A stretch of 64,000 bases of DNA from an uncultured Gemmatimonadaceae bacterium (GCA_963781585.1 CAWAGQ010000007.1:320001-384000); one strand, 5' to 3'; positions 39,496-50,234 are shown, counted from the stretch's first letter. Notes: a model not told the origin generated them from the sequence alone. Translations and numbers: made by a program.

Positions 39496-41529
39496 ATGAT
39501 GCCCACCCGTAGGAATGCCGTCCCTTTGCTCGCGCTGCTGGCTCTCGTTGGGCTCGGCGGGAGACGGGCGGGCGTTCCGCAGGCTGGCGCCCCTGTCACC
39601 ACACTCCGGGTTCAGGTCCGTCGCATCCCGCCAGTCGTCGGCAAGACGACGAAGGAGGCCATCGATTCGCTGTCGTGGACCCGTCTCGTGATCGTGCAGC
39701 GAGATACCGTCACGACGAGTGCTGTGGCCGGTCGCGTCGTGGCGCAGCGCCCGCCCGCCGGCACGCCTGTGAGCGCGGCGCGCGCCGAGACCCTGCTGGT
39801 CGCCACGCCGATGGCCTCCAGAACCGCGACCGTCACGCTCGCCAGCGCCGCCCTTGCCCGGGCGCGTGCGCTGGCGTCGGTCACGCCGCCGCCGACACGC
39901 AATCCGGATGATGTGGCGCACCCCGGCGCCAACGTCACGGTCACCGTACCAACCGACTCGCTCGCGATCACGGTCCCCGGCGTTCGGGTGCAGGATCGCA
40001 CCCGGGTGCCCGATCTCCACGGCGCTACGCCCGCGATGGTGGCGGGCGCCCTCAAGGAATTTCGACTCACTTCCGGCCCGGCGGTGCGCGACTTCTCCGA
40101 CGACGTTCCCGCGGGGCGAGTGTTCCAGCAGCGTCCGGCGGCGACCACGGAAGTGCCCACGTGGACCTCGGTCAGCGTCTGGTACTCGATCGGGCCGCAT
40201 CCGAGTGCCGACACGCTGACCATCCCGAGGGTGGTCGGACTCACACTGTCGCGTGCGGCAGACTCGCTGCAGCGTTCGCAGCTCGACGTTGGTCTGGTGG
40301 ACTCGATGCGCCAGGCGGGAGCGCGGGGGATCGTGGTGCACCAGCAGCCGGATGTGGGGTCGCCCGGGCACCGCGGCGACGCGGTGAATCTGTGGATCGC
40401 CGTCGGCGCTCCGACGGTCGCCGTTCCGGCGCTCATCGGCCTAACGAGGGCGGCCGCCGATGCCCGGCTGGACAACGCCGGTCTGGCGCTGGGGCGCATC
40501 ACGCTCGTCGCCCTGGTCGATCGGAAATCCGGCGTCGTCGCGCAGTCGCCGCCGGGCGGCACGCCGGTGGATTCGGGAGCCCTCGTGGATGTGGTGGAGA
40601 ACCGGCCGCCCGAGCCACGACAGGTGGCGGTCCCGGACCTCACCGGCCTCACGCCCCCGGCCGCCGAGCAGGCGCTCGAACGCGACAGTCTGTACCTGGG
40701 CCTGGTGCAGGAACCCCGCGCGTCGACACCCGGCACCGTGGTGTCGCAGACGCCGGAGGCGCGCACTCCGGTCTACCTGCACACCGCGGTCGACGTGGTG
40801 CTTGGCGCTCGCGACTCGACCATCGACCTGGTGGCGGTGCCACCGGTCGTCAACAAGACGGTCGAGTCCGCGCGCGGGCTGCTTCGCAACGCGGGCTTCA
40901 CCACCATTTCCATCCGGAGCGCGGGCGACACGGTGACCTCGTCGTCGCTGATCGAATCGCAGGTTCCCGTCGGAGGGACGCTGGTGCCGCCGGGCGCGCC
41001 GGTCGCGCTGGTGGCCGGGCCGCCCGCGGCGGCGGCGCCGCCCGTACCGGATCTGCGTGGCCTCGCTCGTGCCGATGCGGCAGCGTCCGCCGGCGTCAGC
41101 CTGCTCCAGATGGCGATCGATACCACCCTGCGACGGCTGCGTCTGCACGACATCGTCGTAAGGCAGCGTCCATCGGCCGGACCTCAGCGTCCGCCCGACA
41201 ACACGGTGCGGGTGGTGGTGGAGATCCCGTTCGTGCCTCCGGCACTGGCGGGGCTCGGACTCGGCCTCGCTGGCATCGGGGCCGCGATGATGCTGCGGCC
41301 CAGGCCGCCGCCTCCAAAGCCGCCGGCCGGCCACACGGACTCTGCGCCGCTCCCGGATGTCCACCTGCAGGAGCGTGTTCGGCGGGACCCGCCTGTCGTG
41401 GTCACCTCGGCGCACGGCTCGCTGGTTCGCGAGGCGCTGACCATGCGGTTCGCGCTCCAGTCCGGCCCGTGGAAAGTCGAGGCTGGAGCGACCTCTCTCG
41501 TGCGCTCGGAGACTCCTCGTCATGGCTGA
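39496..41529 (+). CDS. Multi-PASTA-domain membrane-anchored protein
   Basis: Signal peptide; seven (V/I)PxxxG..A repeats with VVxQxP; C-terminal TM segment and cytoplasmic tail. Confidence 0.85.
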   Translation: MMPTRRNAVPLLALLALVGLGGRRAGVPQAGAPVTTLRVQVRRIPPVVGKTTKEAIDSLSWTRLVIVQRDTVTTSAVAGRVVAQRPPAGTPVSAARAETLLVATPMASRTATVTLASAALARARALASVTPPPTRNPDDVAHPGANVTVTVPTDSLAITVPGVRVQDRTRVPDLHGATPAMVAGALKEFRLTSGPAVRDFSDDVPAGRVFQQRPAATTEVPTWTSVSVWYSIGPHPSADTLTIPRVVGLTLSRAADSLQRSQLDVGLVDSMRQAGARGIVVHQQPDVGSPGHRGDAVNLWIAVGAPTVAVPALIGLTRAAADARLDNAGLALGRITLVALVDRKSGVVAQSPPGGTPVDSGALVDVVENRPPEPRQVAVPDLTGLTPPAAEQALERDSLYLGLVQEPRASTPGTVVSQTPEARTPVYLHTAVDVVLGARDSTIDLVAVPPVVNKTVESARGLLRNAGFTTISIRSAGDTVTSSSLIESQVPVGGTLVPPGAPVALVAGPPAAAAPPVPDLRGLARADAAASAGVSLLQMAIDTTLRRLRLHDIVVRQRPSAGPQRPPDNTVRVVVEIPFVPPALAGLGLGLAGIGAAMMLRPRPPPPKPPAGHTDSAPLPDVHLQERVRRDPPVVVTSAHGSLVREALTMRFALQSGPWKVEAGATSLVRSETPRHG

Positions 41530-42121
41530 CGCTCCACTCACGATTTCGATGCTCGGCGGCCTCGAAACCGCGGCACAGGGGCTCCCGATCACCGCGGCAG
41601 ATCGGGAAAAACTCGCCGCCAGTCTGCGCGATCGGGCGCGGGAGTTCCGGGATCTGTCCCGTCACGACCTCGGCCAGCGGCTGCTGCAGTTCGTCGGGCA
41701 GTCGCTGCGAAAGCCGGTCGTGTCGGTGCTGGAGGAAGCATGGAGCCAGCGGCGGGAACTGCGAGCGCTGGCCGACAAGGGATCCGACCGCCGCGATGTG
41801 GAGTCGGAGGTTGCGCTCTACGAGCACACGATGTCCTGCGAGCTTCACCCGTCGGTGGAACTGCAACTCGACGGCGTGACGGTGGGCACCATGACATTCG
41901 ACATCGCCCTCCGCCTGGCGCTCGAGGGCGTGAAGCTGGTCATCCGGAATGCCCGCATCACCAGCATCAAAGCCGGCACACTCACGTCGACGCTTTCGCT
42001 GGAGTACGAGGGCATCGCCCTGATGCCGCCCAGGACACAGAAGGTCGAGCTCCCGGGAAGCGTGGACCTCCCCGCCGGCGGCATCAACCTCGGTGGATCG
42101 GCAGGGCGCGCGGCTTCCTGA
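41522..42121 (+). CDS. Hypothetical protein coupled to the PASTA protein
   Basis: 8-nt overlap with the upstream gene; good codon bias. Confidence 0.7.
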   Translation: MADAPLTISMLGGLETAAQGLPITAADREKLAASLRDRAREFRDLSRHDLGQRLLQFVGQSLRKPVVSVLEEAWSQRRELRALADKGSDRRDVESEVALYEHTMSCELHPSVELQLDGVTVGTMTFDIALRLALEGVKLVIRNARITSIKAGTLTSTLSLEYEGIALMPPRTQKVELPGSVDLPAGGINLGGSAGRAAS

Positions 42122-42314
42122 CCGGCGGTATATCCGCCGCCGCGGCGCGATCGCGGCCGGCCGGGCGAGTGGCGGCGGTGCGATGCCTAACGCCTCCCGA
42201 CCAGCAGCCTTCCGATCACCGCGAACACCACCAGCAATGCCGCGGTGTACCAGGCGGCGGTGGCGAAGCCGGTTGCTGCATCCAGGCCGGTCAGCACACT
42301 GCCGCCGATGCGCG

Positions 42315-42794
42315 TTAGGCCGGAGGCGGAAGGAGGTCGAGGTCGCCCGGTGGGGCGGCGAGGCGCTGGGCCCGGCGGGCGAGCCGCAGCGAAGCGGCCG
42401 CGGAGACTGCTCCGAGCGCGCTGCCGACGGGCACCAGGAACAGGGCCGGGATCAACGCGGCCGGCACCGTAAGCGCGACGAGCGGAAGAGCAGCGGCCGG
42501 CAACACGGCGCCGCCGAGAGCGCCCCACCACGCGACCCGGCGCCCAGTCAGCTCGTCGACCGCCCGGGCGCGCCGCTTCTCAGCGAGCGACAACGCGATC
42601 GCGAAGGCCGCGCCACTCACGGTGCCGAGCATTCCCCAGCGCAGGGTGGTCTGGAACAGGGCATTCGCGGGAAGCACCCCCGGCGGCACGAAGCGGAGGG
42701 CGATACTCCCCAACACGAGACCAACCGTTGCCCAGCTGGTGCCCCAGGTCAGGGCAGTGCCGACCACCCCTCGGAGACGGCGCAGTAACAGCAT
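42315..42794 (-). CDS. Four-TM membrane protein
   Basis: RRLRGVVGTALTWG.. followed by hydrophobic helices. Confidence 0.7.
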   Translation of the reverse strand: MLLLRRLRGVVGTALTWGTSWATVGLVLGSIALRFVPPGVLPANALFQTTLRWGMLGTVSGAAFAIALSLAEKRRARAVDELTGRRVAWWGALGGAVLPAAALPLVALTVPAALIPALFLVPVGSALGAVSAAASLRLARRAQRLAAPPGDLDLLPPPA

Positions 42795-42997
42795 CCGAAC
42801 CTCGTTGTCTATGGCCACCTAACGCGCTGTGCCCAGCTGGGCGATCCCGTCGGCCAGCCGCAACGCCTGTCAGTGGCCTCGCGGTCGGTCCGGGACGACA
42901 AGATAGCGCACTTGTCCCGCATCGGCGCTGCGATGAGGATTCGAGATGAGCCGTCGACCGGCGACGGGCTCCGTCCACCCCCTTTTCCGGCGAGCGC

Positions 42998-43906
42998 GTG
43001 CGCATCGGAGTCGACCTCGGCGGGACGAAGATCGAAGCCATCGCCCTCGCGGACTCGGGCGAGATCGCAGCCCGCGAGCGCGTGTCGACGCCGCCGCACG
43101 CCTACCAGGGCACGATCGACGCGGTCGCGGGTCTCGTGCGGGACGTCGAAAGAGTGGCTGGCGCCGGCGCGTCCATCGGAGTCGGCATCCCTGGCGCGAT
43201 AATACCGTCCACGGGCCTCGTGAAGAACGCCAATTCGGTTTGGCTCATCGGCAGGCCGTTGGGGCGGCATCTCGAGGACCGGCTCGGGAGGCCGGTGCGA
43301 ATCGAGAACGACGCCAACTGCTTCGCGATTTCCGAGGCTGCGGACGGGGCTGGGGCCGGTGCGGACGTCGTGTTCGGCGTGATCCTCGGCACCGGCGTGG
43401 GCGGCGGCGTCGTCGTGGGCGGACGCGTTCTGATCGGTCCGAACCTCATCGCCGGCGAGTGGGGGCACAATCCGCTGCCGTGGATCACGGATGATGAGCA
43501 CCCTGGCCCGTCGTGCTACTGCGGCAAGCACGGATGCATCGAGACATTTCTCTCGGGACCGGGCCTCGTGCGCGACTTCACCGTGGCGACAGGTCGCACC
43601 CTCTCGACCCGCGAGATCGTCGCCGCCGCGCAGCATGGCGACCCCGGGGCGGCCGCCGCGATGGACCGCTACTATGACCGGCTCGCGCGCGGGCTGGCGT
43701 CGGTCATCAATGTGCTCGATCCCGATGTCATCGTCCTCGGCGGCGGGATGTCGAACATCCCGCGACTCGCCGAGATCGCGACGGAGCGGCTGCCGGGATT
43801 TGTGTTCTCCGATTCGATGTTGACGCGCGTCGTGCGCAACATGCATGGCGACTCGAGCGGCGCCCGGGGTGCGGCGTGGCTCTGGCCGAGGGCGCGGAGC
43901 GAGTGA
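42998..43906 (+). CDS. mak: ROK-family sugar kinase (fructokinase Mak-like)
   Basis: IGVDLGGTK, ENDANCFA, GTGVGGG, GEWGHNPLP, CYCGKHGCIE. Confidence 0.88.
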   Translation: MRIGVDLGGTKIEAIALADSGEIAARERVSTPPHAYQGTIDAVAGLVRDVERVAGAGASIGVGIPGAIIPSTGLVKNANSVWLIGRPLGRHLEDRLGRPVRIENDANCFAISEAADGAGAGADVVFGVILGTGVGGGVVVGGRVLIGPNLIAGEWGHNPLPWITDDEHPGPSCYCGKHGCIETFLSGPGLVRDFTVATGRTLSTREIVAAAQHGDPGAAAAMDRYYDRLARGLASVINVLDPDVIVLGGGMSNIPRLAEIATERLPGFVFSDSMLTRVVRNMHGDSSGARGAAWLWPRARSE

Positions 43907-44121
43907 CGGCGTCGGATCGGGCGAGCGCCACGGACGCATGGAAGCTCCCCATCACGGCTTGGCGACAGGTGCGGCGCAGTCGAACCGTTTGTCGCCGTGT
44001 CGCAACGCGGCGGCCCACCAGAGGAAGCGACAGCCGCGAGCCCCGGCACTCGCGCTGGCCCGCGCCGTGGGGTGCGGCGTGCTGTGCGCGAGGCCACACG
44101 CGCGATTCCCCCAGTCATACC

Positions 44122-44163
44122 TTGCAGCCTTGTGCCGCATCCCCCCATACTTGGTGTGGGGAG
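44122..44163 (+). promoter_or_regulatory. Putative promoter and PadR operator
   Basis: TTGCAG-18-CATACT; CCCCATAC-TTG-GTGTGGGG palindrome (44143-44161) running into the RBS. Confidence 0.55.
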
Positions 44164-44170
44164 GGACTCA

Positions 44171-44503
44171 ATGCCACGGGAATCAGCCGGACCATTGCAG
44201 GGAACCCTGGACGTGCTCGTCCTGCGCGCGCTCGCGCTCCAGCCGGCGCACGGCTACGGCGTCTCGGAATGGATTCGCGCGCGCACCAACGACGCCATCG
44301 TCATCGAGGACGCCGCGCTCTACAAGGCACTTCACCGTCTGGAGCGCGACGGTGCAATCGCGGCCGAATGGGGATTGTCGGACAACAACCGCAAGGCGCG
44401 CTACTACCGCCTGACGCCGGCCGGCCGGCGGCTGCTCAAGGCGGAGGAAGCCGCATGGCGCGCGTACGTCGCGGCGGTCGCCCGCGTGCTGGCTCCGGCA
44501 TGA
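44171..44503 (+). CDS. PadR-family regulator
   Basis: LQGTLDVLVLRAL..AHGYGV..LYKALHRLE..NNRKARYY. Confidence 0.92.
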   Translation: MPRESAGPLQGTLDVLVLRALALQPAHGYGVSEWIRARTNDAIVIEDAALYKALHRLERDGAIAAEWGLSDNNRKARYYRLTPAGRRLLKAEEAAWRAYVAAVARVLAPA

Positions 44504-47238
44504 AGCGCCTCTTCCGCCTGCCTTGGCGCACCACACGCCGCATCGCCGAAGAGGCCGAGTCCGAGTTCCTCTTCCACATAGAGGCGAGAACCGAGCGCCT
44601 GGTGGCCCAGGGACTGAGCCTTGACGCGGCGCGCACGAAGGCGTTACGCGAGTTCGGCGACATGGACGACGCACGGCGCTACATCCAGGACATGGACCGG
44701 CAGGCGGAGGCCGCACGCAGGCGGCGCGACTTCGTGGGAGAGTTTCTCCAGGACCTCCGGTTTGCGACGCGACGGTTGTGTGCGGCGCCCCTGTTCAGCA
44801 CGATCGCCGTGGTGAGCCTGGCGATCGCGCTCGGCGTCAACGTGACGGCCTTCAGCCTGCTCGACGCGCTACTCTTCAACGACCTCCCGGGTGTCGTACG
44901 GCAGCACGAGCTGTCGGCCGTGCTCAAGAGCTACGAGTACCAGTTCGGCCGGACGTCACCGTCGCACCTCTCGACGCTGGAATGGGAGATGTTCCGGGGT
45001 GCGATTCCGGGATTCTCGCGCAGCGCGGTGACCGGCGTCGCGCCGGTCGCGCTCCGCATGGACGGGGAGCCGCGCGTCGTGCGTGGCGACTTCGTGTCGG
45101 GCGACTTCTTCGCGATGCTGGGCACGCGGCCAGCCGCGGGACGGCTGCTCACGACGGACGACGACCGCGCGGGTGCGCCACCGGTCGCCGTGATCAGCCA
45201 CGCGCTGTGGACGACGGAGTTCGATTCCGCGGCCGACGTCGTCGGCAAGCCGGTGTTCGTCGGCAATGCGCCGTTCACGATCGTCGGCGTGATGCCGGAG
45301 GGATTTGTAGGGCTCTATCCCGGCGAACTCGACGGGGACCTCGAGCACGGCGCGCCATGGGTGATGGTCCCGCTCTCAGCGGCGCCGCTGGTGCGCCTCG
45401 CCTCGCGAGCGACCGACGTCAAGGCGATGCTGGACGACGACTGGCTCGTGTTCTTCGGCCGCAGGAAACCGGGCGTGAGCACGCGGGCGATCACCGCCCA
45501 GGCGACCGCGGTCGCGGCGCGCGTTGGCGCCGCGTATCACGCCGAACGCCGAAACGCACGCGCCGAGGCACGCGACGTCAGCACCGGGACGGCCGCCGAG
45601 TTGCTCGCGGTCAGCCTCGCGTCCCAGGCGCTTCCCGCGCTCATCCTCCTCGTGGCGTGCGCGAATCTCGCCAACCAGCTTCTCGCGCGAGCGGTGCAGC
45701 GTGGGCGCGAAATCGCGGTACGGCTTTCACTCGGCGCCACGCGAGCCCGACTCGTGAGGCAGCTGCTCGTGGAATCGACGCTGCTTGCTGCGCTCGCGAG
45801 CGCAGCCGGCATCGCGCTGGCACGCGTGCTCATTGACTTCGTGGGCCGTTCCGTGATGGTGATGCCGTTCCGCGTGCCGATCGACGCGCGCGTGCTCGCC
45901 TTCACGGGGGGTCTGGCTGCCCTGACGTCGCTCGCGTTCGGGCTGTTGCCGGCGCTGCGCGCCACGCGAATGGATCTCTCGCAGGCGGTGAAGGACGGCG
46001 GTCGCGCGGGTGGCTACCGGCATTCGCGCCTCCGCAGCGCTCTTGTGGTCGTGCAGGTGGCGACGTCCGTGGCGTTCATGGCGCTCGCAGGCGTGTTCAT
46101 GCGCGGCGCGCAGCGCGCGCGGATCTCGGACACGGGGGCGAACGCAGACCGCATCGTCACGGTCGCGCTCGACCTCAACCTCCTCGGGTTCACACCGGAC
46201 GCCGGGCGCGCGTTCCTGGTCCGGGCGGCTGACCGCCTCGGTGCCCTGACCGGCGCGGAGGCCGTGGCGATCGCGCCGTTCCGTCCGGCCGAGCAGGCCA
46301 CCTATTTGCGCGTCCGGGTTGCGGGCGACGCTCCGGACCGGAAGCGATGGGAGCACGTGGCCGAAGTTTCCGGGGACTGGTTCGCAGTGCAGAACAGCCG
46401 CGTGGTGGCCGGCCGGCTCTTCACGCCGGCCGAGTCGAGGAGCCGGGTTCCCGTCGCGGTGGTGGACGAGGCGGAGGCGCAGTACCTCTGGCCCGGCGCG
46501 AACGCCATTGGCCAGGCGATCACGATCGGCGAGCCGTGCGACGTGAACTCCGCCTCCGACATCTGCATCCAGACGCCCGGCGCGGCGTCGCGCGGCGTGA
46601 CCGTCGCCACCGTGATCGGAGTCGTGCCGACGATCGTGAACGCCCGGGCGGAGCGCCCGTCGGGCGTGGTCATCGTGCCCGCGCCGGGGGTCTACCGGCC
46701 GCGGTCGGTGCTGTACGTGCGCGCGCGCGGGAGCGCCGCTGCGCTCAAACCGTCGGTACGCAATGCGATGCGGGAGCTGGACCCGCGGATGCCGCTGCGG
46801 TCGGTGGAGACACTCGGTGAAGCGCTCGACGCGCGTGGGGACCCGGTGGCGCAGATGGCGGCGGGCGTGGGCGCGATGGGAATCGTCTCCTTGCTGCTGT
46901 CGGCGTTAGGCATCGCGGCGGTGCTGTCGTTCGTCGTCGAACAGCGCCGGCACGAGATCGGCGTGCGCATGGCGCTGGGCGCCAGGCCGAGCGCCGTTCA
47001 GACGATGATCCTGCGGCAGTCGCTCACAACGGTCGCGGCGGGGGTTGCGATCGGCGCGCTTCTGGCAGCCGCCGGCGCGACGACGGTGCGCGGAATTCTG
47101 TTCGGGCTACCGCCGATCGACCCGATCGCGTTCACGGCGTCGACGGCGATCATCGTCGCGGTCGCACTGGCGTCCAGCGCGGGGCCAGCCCGGCGCGCGG
47201 CACGGGTGGAGCCGCTGGTGGCACTTCGCGGCGACTGA
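44500..47238 (+). CDS. ADOP-family duplicated ABC permease
   Basis: ATGA overlap with PadR; LLVACANLAN..REIAVRLSLGA; EIGVRMALGA. Confidence 0.9.
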   Translation: MKRLFRLPWRTTRRIAEEAESEFLFHIEARTERLVAQGLSLDAARTKALREFGDMDDARRYIQDMDRQAEAARRRRDFVGEFLQDLRFATRRLCAAPLFSTIAVVSLAIALGVNVTAFSLLDALLFNDLPGVVRQHELSAVLKSYEYQFGRTSPSHLSTLEWEMFRGAIPGFSRSAVTGVAPVALRMDGEPRVVRGDFVSGDFFAMLGTRPAAGRLLTTDDDRAGAPPVAVISHALWTTEFDSAADVVGKPVFVGNAPFTIVGVMPEGFVGLYPGELDGDLEHGAPWVMVPLSAAPLVRLASRATDVKAMLDDDWLVFFGRRKPGVSTRAITAQATAVAARVGAAYHAERRNARAEARDVSTGTAAELLAVSLASQALPALILLVACANLANQLLARAVQRGREIAVRLSLGATRARLVRQLLVESTLLAALASAAGIALARVLIDFVGRSVMVMPFRVPIDARVLAFTGGLAALTSLAFGLLPALRATRMDLSQAVKDGGRAGGYRHSRLRSALVVVQVATSVAFMALAGVFMRGAQRARISDTGANADRIVTVALDLNLLGFTPDAGRAFLVRAADRLGALTGAEAVAIAPFRPAEQATYLRVRVAGDAPDRKRWEHVAEVSGDWFAVQNSRVVAGRLFTPAESRSRVPVAVVDEAEAQYLWPGANAIGQAITIGEPCDVNSASDICIQTPGAASRGVTVATVIGVVPTIVNARAERPSGVVIVPAPGVYRPRSVLYVRARGSAAALKPSVRNAMRELDPRMPLRSVETLGEALDARGDPVAQMAAGVGAMGIVSLLLSALGIAAVLSFVVEQRRHEIGVRMALGARPSAVQTMILRQSLTTVAAGVAIGALLAAAGATTVRGILFGLPPIDPIAFTASTAIIVAVALASSAGPARRAARVEPLVALRGD

Positions 47239-47300
47239 CCTCGTGCCGAGTGGCGCCGCGGTGCCCGCGTCGGCGCCGGTCCCGCCCCGGCCCGATCCGC

Positions 47301-47669
47301 TCAGCGTGCGTCAGGCACGGGTCGCGCGGCACCGTAGCGCTGGGTGGCGTAGCCGACGATCGTCCCCAGCACCCCGCCGGGCAGCATGATCTGCCAGTAG
47401 TAGCTCTGGCCCGCGGCCGCATTCATCCAAGCCACCAGGAAGGCCAGCACCAGACCGACCCCGGTGCCGAACACGATGCCGAGGGCGAGCGAGTGCACCC
47501 GCCGCGCGAAGTAGCCGATAATCGCTCCAGCGATGAGCCCCTTGAACGTGGACCCAATGACGATCGTCACGATCTGCGGCGCCGTTTCGGGCGCGGAAAC
47601 CAGAGCCGACAGACCATCGAATACGCCGAGCACGCCTCCCAGAACGAGGCCAAGCACCGTCTTGCTCAT
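47301..47669 (-). CDS. Small Gly-rich four-TM membrane protein
   Basis: Four hydrophobic segments; downstream of the kinase. Confidence 0.75.
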   Translation of the reverse strand: MSKTVLGLVLGGVLGVFDGLSALVSAPETAPQIVTIVIGSTFKGLIAGAIIGYFARRVHSLALGIVFGTGVGLVLAFLVAWMNAAAGQSYYWQIMLPGGVLGTIVGYATQRYGAARPVPDAR

Positions 47670-47744
47670 TGGACCATCCTCGCGCGACCGGTTTCGAATG
47701 GATTTCGCGACTGCTGGTTCTATTCAACGAGCCGCGATTGGTCT

Positions 47745-48740
47745 TTAGCGACGGGCCAGCAGGAGGAGGAGCACCCGCATGCCCACGTACGCGAGGACGA
47801 GCGCCAGCGGCACGCGGTATTTCGACGCCAGCCGGCGCGCGCGGTCGGGCAACCGCTCCGGGAAGGCGCTCACGGGGAGGGCATTGCGAAATCGCGCCAC
47901 GTCGGCGGCGAGGTGCCCGACCGTCTGATATCGCTCCGCGGGAACATGCGCCGTCGCCTTGCGACAGATCGCCTCGATGGCGCGCGGCACGGCGGGGTTG
48001 CCTGCTCGCGCCGACCCATCGGTTTCCGCAGGTGCGCCGGTCACCAGGAATCGCAGGATGGCGCCCAGCGCATGCACGTCCGATCGCTCGTCGATCGCGC
48101 CTGGTTGCCCGCTGCGTTGTTCGGGCGCCATGTAACCGGGGGTCCCGAGCACAGTCCCCGGAATCGTGTCCGGACCGTCCGGCAACACTGTCGATCGGGA
48201 GACCGGAGGCAGGTCGACCACGTCGCGCACCTTGGCCACCCCCCAGTCCATCACAAGCACTTCACCGAAAGCGCCCACCATGATGTTTCCGGGCTTCAGG
48301 TCCCGATGCACGACACCCTGTGCATGCGCGAATCGCACCGCCTCGCAGATACGCTCGAAGATCTGCAGGCATTCGGCCAGCGGCGTATTCGCCACGACGA
48401 GATGGTCGAGCCGATTGCCGCGGACGAGCTTCATCGTATAGAAGGCGCGACCGTCGCGTAGCCGGCCAACGTCGTGCACCGGGACGATGCCAGGGTGTTC
48501 CAACCGCGCGAGAACGCGGGCTTCCTGTGCCAGCCGCTCAAGTCCTTCGGCCGTGTCGGCTGCGGCAGCGAGGACCTTCAGCGCGACCTCACGCTGAAGC
48601 TCACGATCGGCGACCCGATACACCGTTCCCATCCCGCCGCGGCCCAGTGGCTCGATCAGTTCATATCTCGTCCCCGTGAGGTCCGGTTGATCGGCCACGG
48701 CGCGGAGATGATGCAGAGCGGCGTCGGACAGGTGAGTCAC
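47745..48740 (-). CDS. Hanks-type Ser/Thr protein kinase with a C-terminal TM segment
   Basis: [35 protein letters not shown] overlap with the sigma gene. Confidence 0.92.
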   Translation of the reverse strand: MTHLSDAALHHLRAVADQPDLTGTRYELIEPLGRGGMGTVYRVADRELQREVALKVLAAAADTAEGLERLAQEARVLARLEHPGIVPVHDVGRLRDGRAFYTMKLVRGNRLDHLVVANTPLAECLQIFERICEAVRFAHAQGVVHRDLKPGNIMVGAFGEVLVMDWGVAKVRDVVDLPPVSRSTVLPDGPDTIPGTVLGTPGYMAPEQRSGQPGAIDERSDVHALGAILRFLVTGAPAETDGSARAGNPAVPRAIEAICRKATAHVPAERYQTVGHLAADVARFRNALPVSAFPERLPDRARRLASKYRVPLALVLAYVGMRVLLLLLARR

Positions 48741-49585
48741 GGGACGCCTCGGTTCGATGCCGCCGAGCCGCCGGCGCCACTCGTCGCGTGCACGACCGTG
48801 CCATGGCGCGCCGACACGACCGGTCGCGGGTCGCGCACCGCGTTCCTGATCTCCTCCCCCGAATAACCGAGCACGTCCTCCGCCTCCGCCCTGAACTCGC
48901 GGTCCGTTGCGGTCAGCTCGCGGAGCACGTCGAGGACGTGGTGTCGCAGACGGCGACGAACGTACGCGAGATAGTTCGTGATCTGGGTCCCCGGAACGCC
49001 GAACTCGCGGGCCAGGTCGGCGTAGGTGAGCGTTTGCCTGGCATTCTGCGCCTCGATGTCGTAGCGCTCGAAGACGGCAAACTGCTCGGCCTTTCCGGTT
49101 TCGACGCACTCGACGCGCAGTCGCCCGATGGCCACCTCGAACAGCGAGCGGATCCACTCCGCGCGGAAAAGTGCATCGTCATCCTGGATTCCGGGCGCGA
49201 CCGCTTCGGCGAGTTCGCCCTCGGCGCCCGGGAAATCGAGCGGCACGAAGGACGCGCCGCCGCCCCGCTTGAGCCGCGTGGCTGCCTTGCGCGCGTTCTT
49301 CACCAATCCGTCGACCAGCAGCCTGACGAAGGTGCGGAACTCCGCGCGTGACGGATCGTGCCGTTCGAGCGAGCCATGCTCGAATGCCCGCGCGAAGAAC
49401 TCCTGGGTGAGGTCCTCGGCGTCTTCGGGCGACGCGTGCCAGCGCAGACGGATGTACTTGTACACGGGCTTCCAGTAGCTCGCCACGAGCACGTCGAAGG
49501 CCCGCTGACGAGTCGCGGGGTCACTGGCGCCGATTGCTTCGACGATCGACTGCCGGGTGGCCGGGAAAGGGCCGCTCACCCCCAT
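48737..49585 (-). CDS. ECF sigma factor, kinase-associated type
   Basis: [28 protein letters not shown]-terminal [13 protein letters not shown]. Confidence 0.85.
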   Translation of the reverse strand: MGVSGPFPATRQSIVEAIGASDPATRQRAFDVLVASYWKPVYKYIRLRWHASPEDAEDLTQEFFARAFEHGSLERHDPSRAEFRTFVRLLVDGLVKNARKAATRLKRGGGASFVPLDFPGAEGELAEAVAPGIQDDDALFRAEWIRSLFEVAIGRLRVECVETGKAEQFAVFERYDIEAQNARQTLTYADLAREFGVPGTQITNYLAYVRRRLRHHVLDVLRELTATDREFRAEAEDVLGYSGEEIRNAVRDPRPVVSARHGTVVHATSGAGGSAASNRGVP

Positions 49586-49654
49586 TTAAAGCACCGTCCC
49601 ATCGATGGTGAATAGGAATATGGGCCCCATGGTGCAAGGTGGATGGCGGGGCTT

Positions 49655-49716
49655 GAGGCCAGCGGCCACGGGTCAGAGGCCAAAGGCCAGACGCAAGAGG
49701 TAGAGGCCAAGGGCCA
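49655..49716. repeat. Degenerate heptamer tandem repeat (GAGGCCA)n, about 9 units
   Basis: gaggcca gcggcca cgggtca gaggcca aaggcca gacgcaa gaggta gaggcca agggcca. Confidence 0.75.
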
Positions 49717-49757
49717 GAGTCGTCACCGACTGGAACCATGCTGTCCATGAGCCGCCA

Positions 49758-50150
49758 ATGACCGACCAACATCGTCTTCGATGCCCGATCGTCACGAGAC
49801 TGAACCTCCGCTGGCCCACCAGGCCTCTCACGTCTTTCGGATCTGCGGACGCGATTCCGCTCGCCCTCGCGATCGTTGCGACGCTGTGTGTCCTTCCGCG
49901 GTGCCTTCCGGCACAGGATCCGAATCCGCTCGAGGGGGTCGCGTTTCTGGCCGGCGGGACGTGGCAAGGCGAGGGACGCTGGCCCGACGGCACCGCAATG
50001 CGCGTGGACGTCCGCTACTTCTGGGGGCCGACCAGACGCGTGCTGCACTTCGAGACCTATGACCTCGAGACCGGCGAACGCCGCCTCCTCTACGAGGGAT
50101 TGATTCTCTTCGATCCATCGCGCCGGAAGCTGGTGCAGTGGATGTCAAAC
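49758..50150 (+). pseudogene. Truncated secreted beta-barrel-like hypothetical protein
   Basis: Signal-like segment, then LEGVAFLAGGTWQGEG..YEGLILFDP; turns into low-complexity sequence after about 50145 and overlaps the convergent permease. Confidence 0.45.
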
Positions 50151-50234
50151 CCGCGGCCCGACAGCGTCCCCCTGTCCCACCGCGAGATGATGCGTGGGAG
50201 GACGCAACGGGCCGGCAGAGCGGGGAAGGCTCCC

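Noticed and set aside
42187..42300. Short hydrophobic ORF (VLTGLDAATGF..GRR) on the minus strand
   Set aside because: No clear RBS; it may be a gene remnant but cannot be supported
43876..44499. Long N-terminal extensions of ADOP ORFs (also 12177-12458 and 23032-23283) as PadR fusions
   Set aside because: They are off-frame overlaps with the PadR genes; the real starts lie at or just after the PadR stops
47745..49157. 470-aa kinase with a long N-terminus
   Set aside because: The upstream part overlaps the sigma gene out of frame; the GTG at 48740 couples to the sigma stop
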